The translations under genes and the position numbers were made by a program. A model generated the notes under the pieces. The model made no database searches. It saw only the letters and a program-made list of their open reading frames with translations, and was not told the origin of the DNA. From contig JAQTNH010000001.1 of assembly GCA_028713895.1 (NCBI GenBank), positions 181,808-245,807 on the forward strand: a stretch of 64,000 nt of DNA, read 5' to 3'. Of the stretch, positions 63,264 to 64,000 are shown in pieces; the stretch's first letter is position 1, and each line of letters begins with the position of its first letter. The DNA is from Candidatus Nanoarchaeia archaeon. Its GTDB lineage: Archaea > Nanobdellota > Nanobdellia > CSSed11-243R1.

Positions 63264-64000
63264 ATGAGTAATCTAACACAGTTCTCCGGATACGGGGGCT
63301 ATTACAGCCAGCAGCAACAGGGCGCTGCACAGTATGCCTATCCCAAGAAGAAATTCCCGTGGCTTTATGCTGTTCTTGGCGCGGCTGCAGTTCTCACAAT
63401 CGGACTAATAGTCTATTTCCTGTTCTTCATGCAGACATCTCCTGCGCTGGAATTGTCCTCGCCAAGCATAGACATCCAGACATCCCCAGGAGACAGCGCA
63501 ACAAGCACAGTAACAGTTACAAATCCGCGAAAAAGCACAATACAGACAAACCTGCAGACAAATCTTCCTGCATGGATAACAATTGACAAAACTTCGCTTA
63601 CGTTAAGGGCGGGCGAGACGGCAACAGTAACAATAACTGCAAGCCCTGTTGCAGACTCGCAGACAACCTCAGGAAGCATAAATTTCGAGGGCACAGACGT
63701 GTTCGTACAGATAAACGCGCAGGTTTTGCCAGTGCCGCAGATATCCCTGAATGTGCCAACCACCTCGTTCACAATTTATGAAGGCGAAAAACGAAGCATA
63801 CTTGCGACAGTTTCAAATACAGGATTGTCAAACGCGGTAAACGCAAACCTGAGCATAACAGGAATCCCAGCTGAATGGCTGCAGATGGACACAGCGCCGT
63901 TTACACTGGAAGCAGGCAAGGAAGTTTCAAAAACAATAGTAATCGATATCCCAGAAATAGCTGAGACAGGAAACTACCAGGGGCTGCTTAACCTGAAAGG
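63264..64000 (+). CDS. N-terminally membrane-anchored surface protein with Ig/CARDB-like repeats; the frame is still open at the window end, so the gene continues downstream
   Basis: ATG at 63264 after GGTGAGAGG. A TM helix, then repeats of the type TVTVTNP...TNLQTNLPAWITIDKTSLTL. The ORF track misses it because there is no stop inside the window. Confidence 0.6.
   Translation, partial: MSNLTQFSGYGGYYSQQQQGAAQYAYPKKKFPWLYAVLGAAAVLTIGLIVYFLFFMQTSPALELSSPSIDIQTSPGDSATSTVTVTNPRKSTIQTNLQTNLPAWITIDKTSLTLRAGETATVTITASPVADSQTTSGSINFEGTDVFVQINAQVLPVPQISLNVPTTSFTIYEGEKRSILATVSNTGLSNAVNANLSITGIPAEWLQMDTAPFTLEAGKEVSKTIVIDIPEIAETGNYQGLLNLK

Overview
The window is a 64 kb chromosomal segment that looks archaeal. 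Evidence for an archaeal origin is BRE/TATA-type promoters (TTTAAAA about 25-30 nt upstream of presumed transcript starts), GGAGGTG-type Shine-Dalgarno sites, an intron-containing tRNA, a XerA-like tyrosine recombinase and a FlaI/ArlI-type secretion ATPase. It may be a small-genome lineage such as DPANN, but that cannot be proven from sequence alone. The outer parts carry ordinary housekeeping genes: the C-terminal half of an ADP-forming acyl-CoA synthetase alpha subunit, MnmA, a DEAD-box helicase, a P-type ATPase, DedA, a D-aminoacyl-tRNA deacylase, HisRS, MinD/ParA and tRNA-Phe. The middle (~9-50 kb) is accessory-like. (1) A ~19 kb block is bracketed by two paralogous RebM-like SAM methyltransferase genes that share an ~80-nt near-identical DNA stretch. 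This block holds a XerA-like recombinase, an HD-domain dNTPase-like gene, a GNAT gene, a Cas4-like nuclease, a SIMPL protein and two tandem giant, sequon-rich surface proteins of 2119 and 1889 aa. The second giant protein carries an S8 subtilisin domain. The two giant genes share a duplicated ~200-bp promoter plus signal-peptide module and a duplicated ~800-bp C-terminal module. (2) A 34-49 kb region is full of ORFans, toxin-antitoxin pairs (MNT-HEPN and RelE/YoeB-like), Cys-rich secreted mini-proteins and zinc-ribbon micro-genes. Many of its promoters share a TATA box, a palindromic operator-like box TATACTGCAGGATATA and an invariant GGTGGGGTTCT leader motif; the leader motif occurs 8 times. 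The region also holds a repeated ~45-70-nt intergenic element family and an iteron-like repeat array between two wHTH regulator genes. Other items of note are a tRNA-Gln(CUG) with an apparent 32-nt non-canonical intron in the D-loop region, a GC-rich ORF-poor segment that may be a reduced RNase P RNA, an [FeFe]-hydrogenase-like H-domain protein, and several functional-looking genes under 60 aa that the ORF track misses. No CRISPR array was seen.
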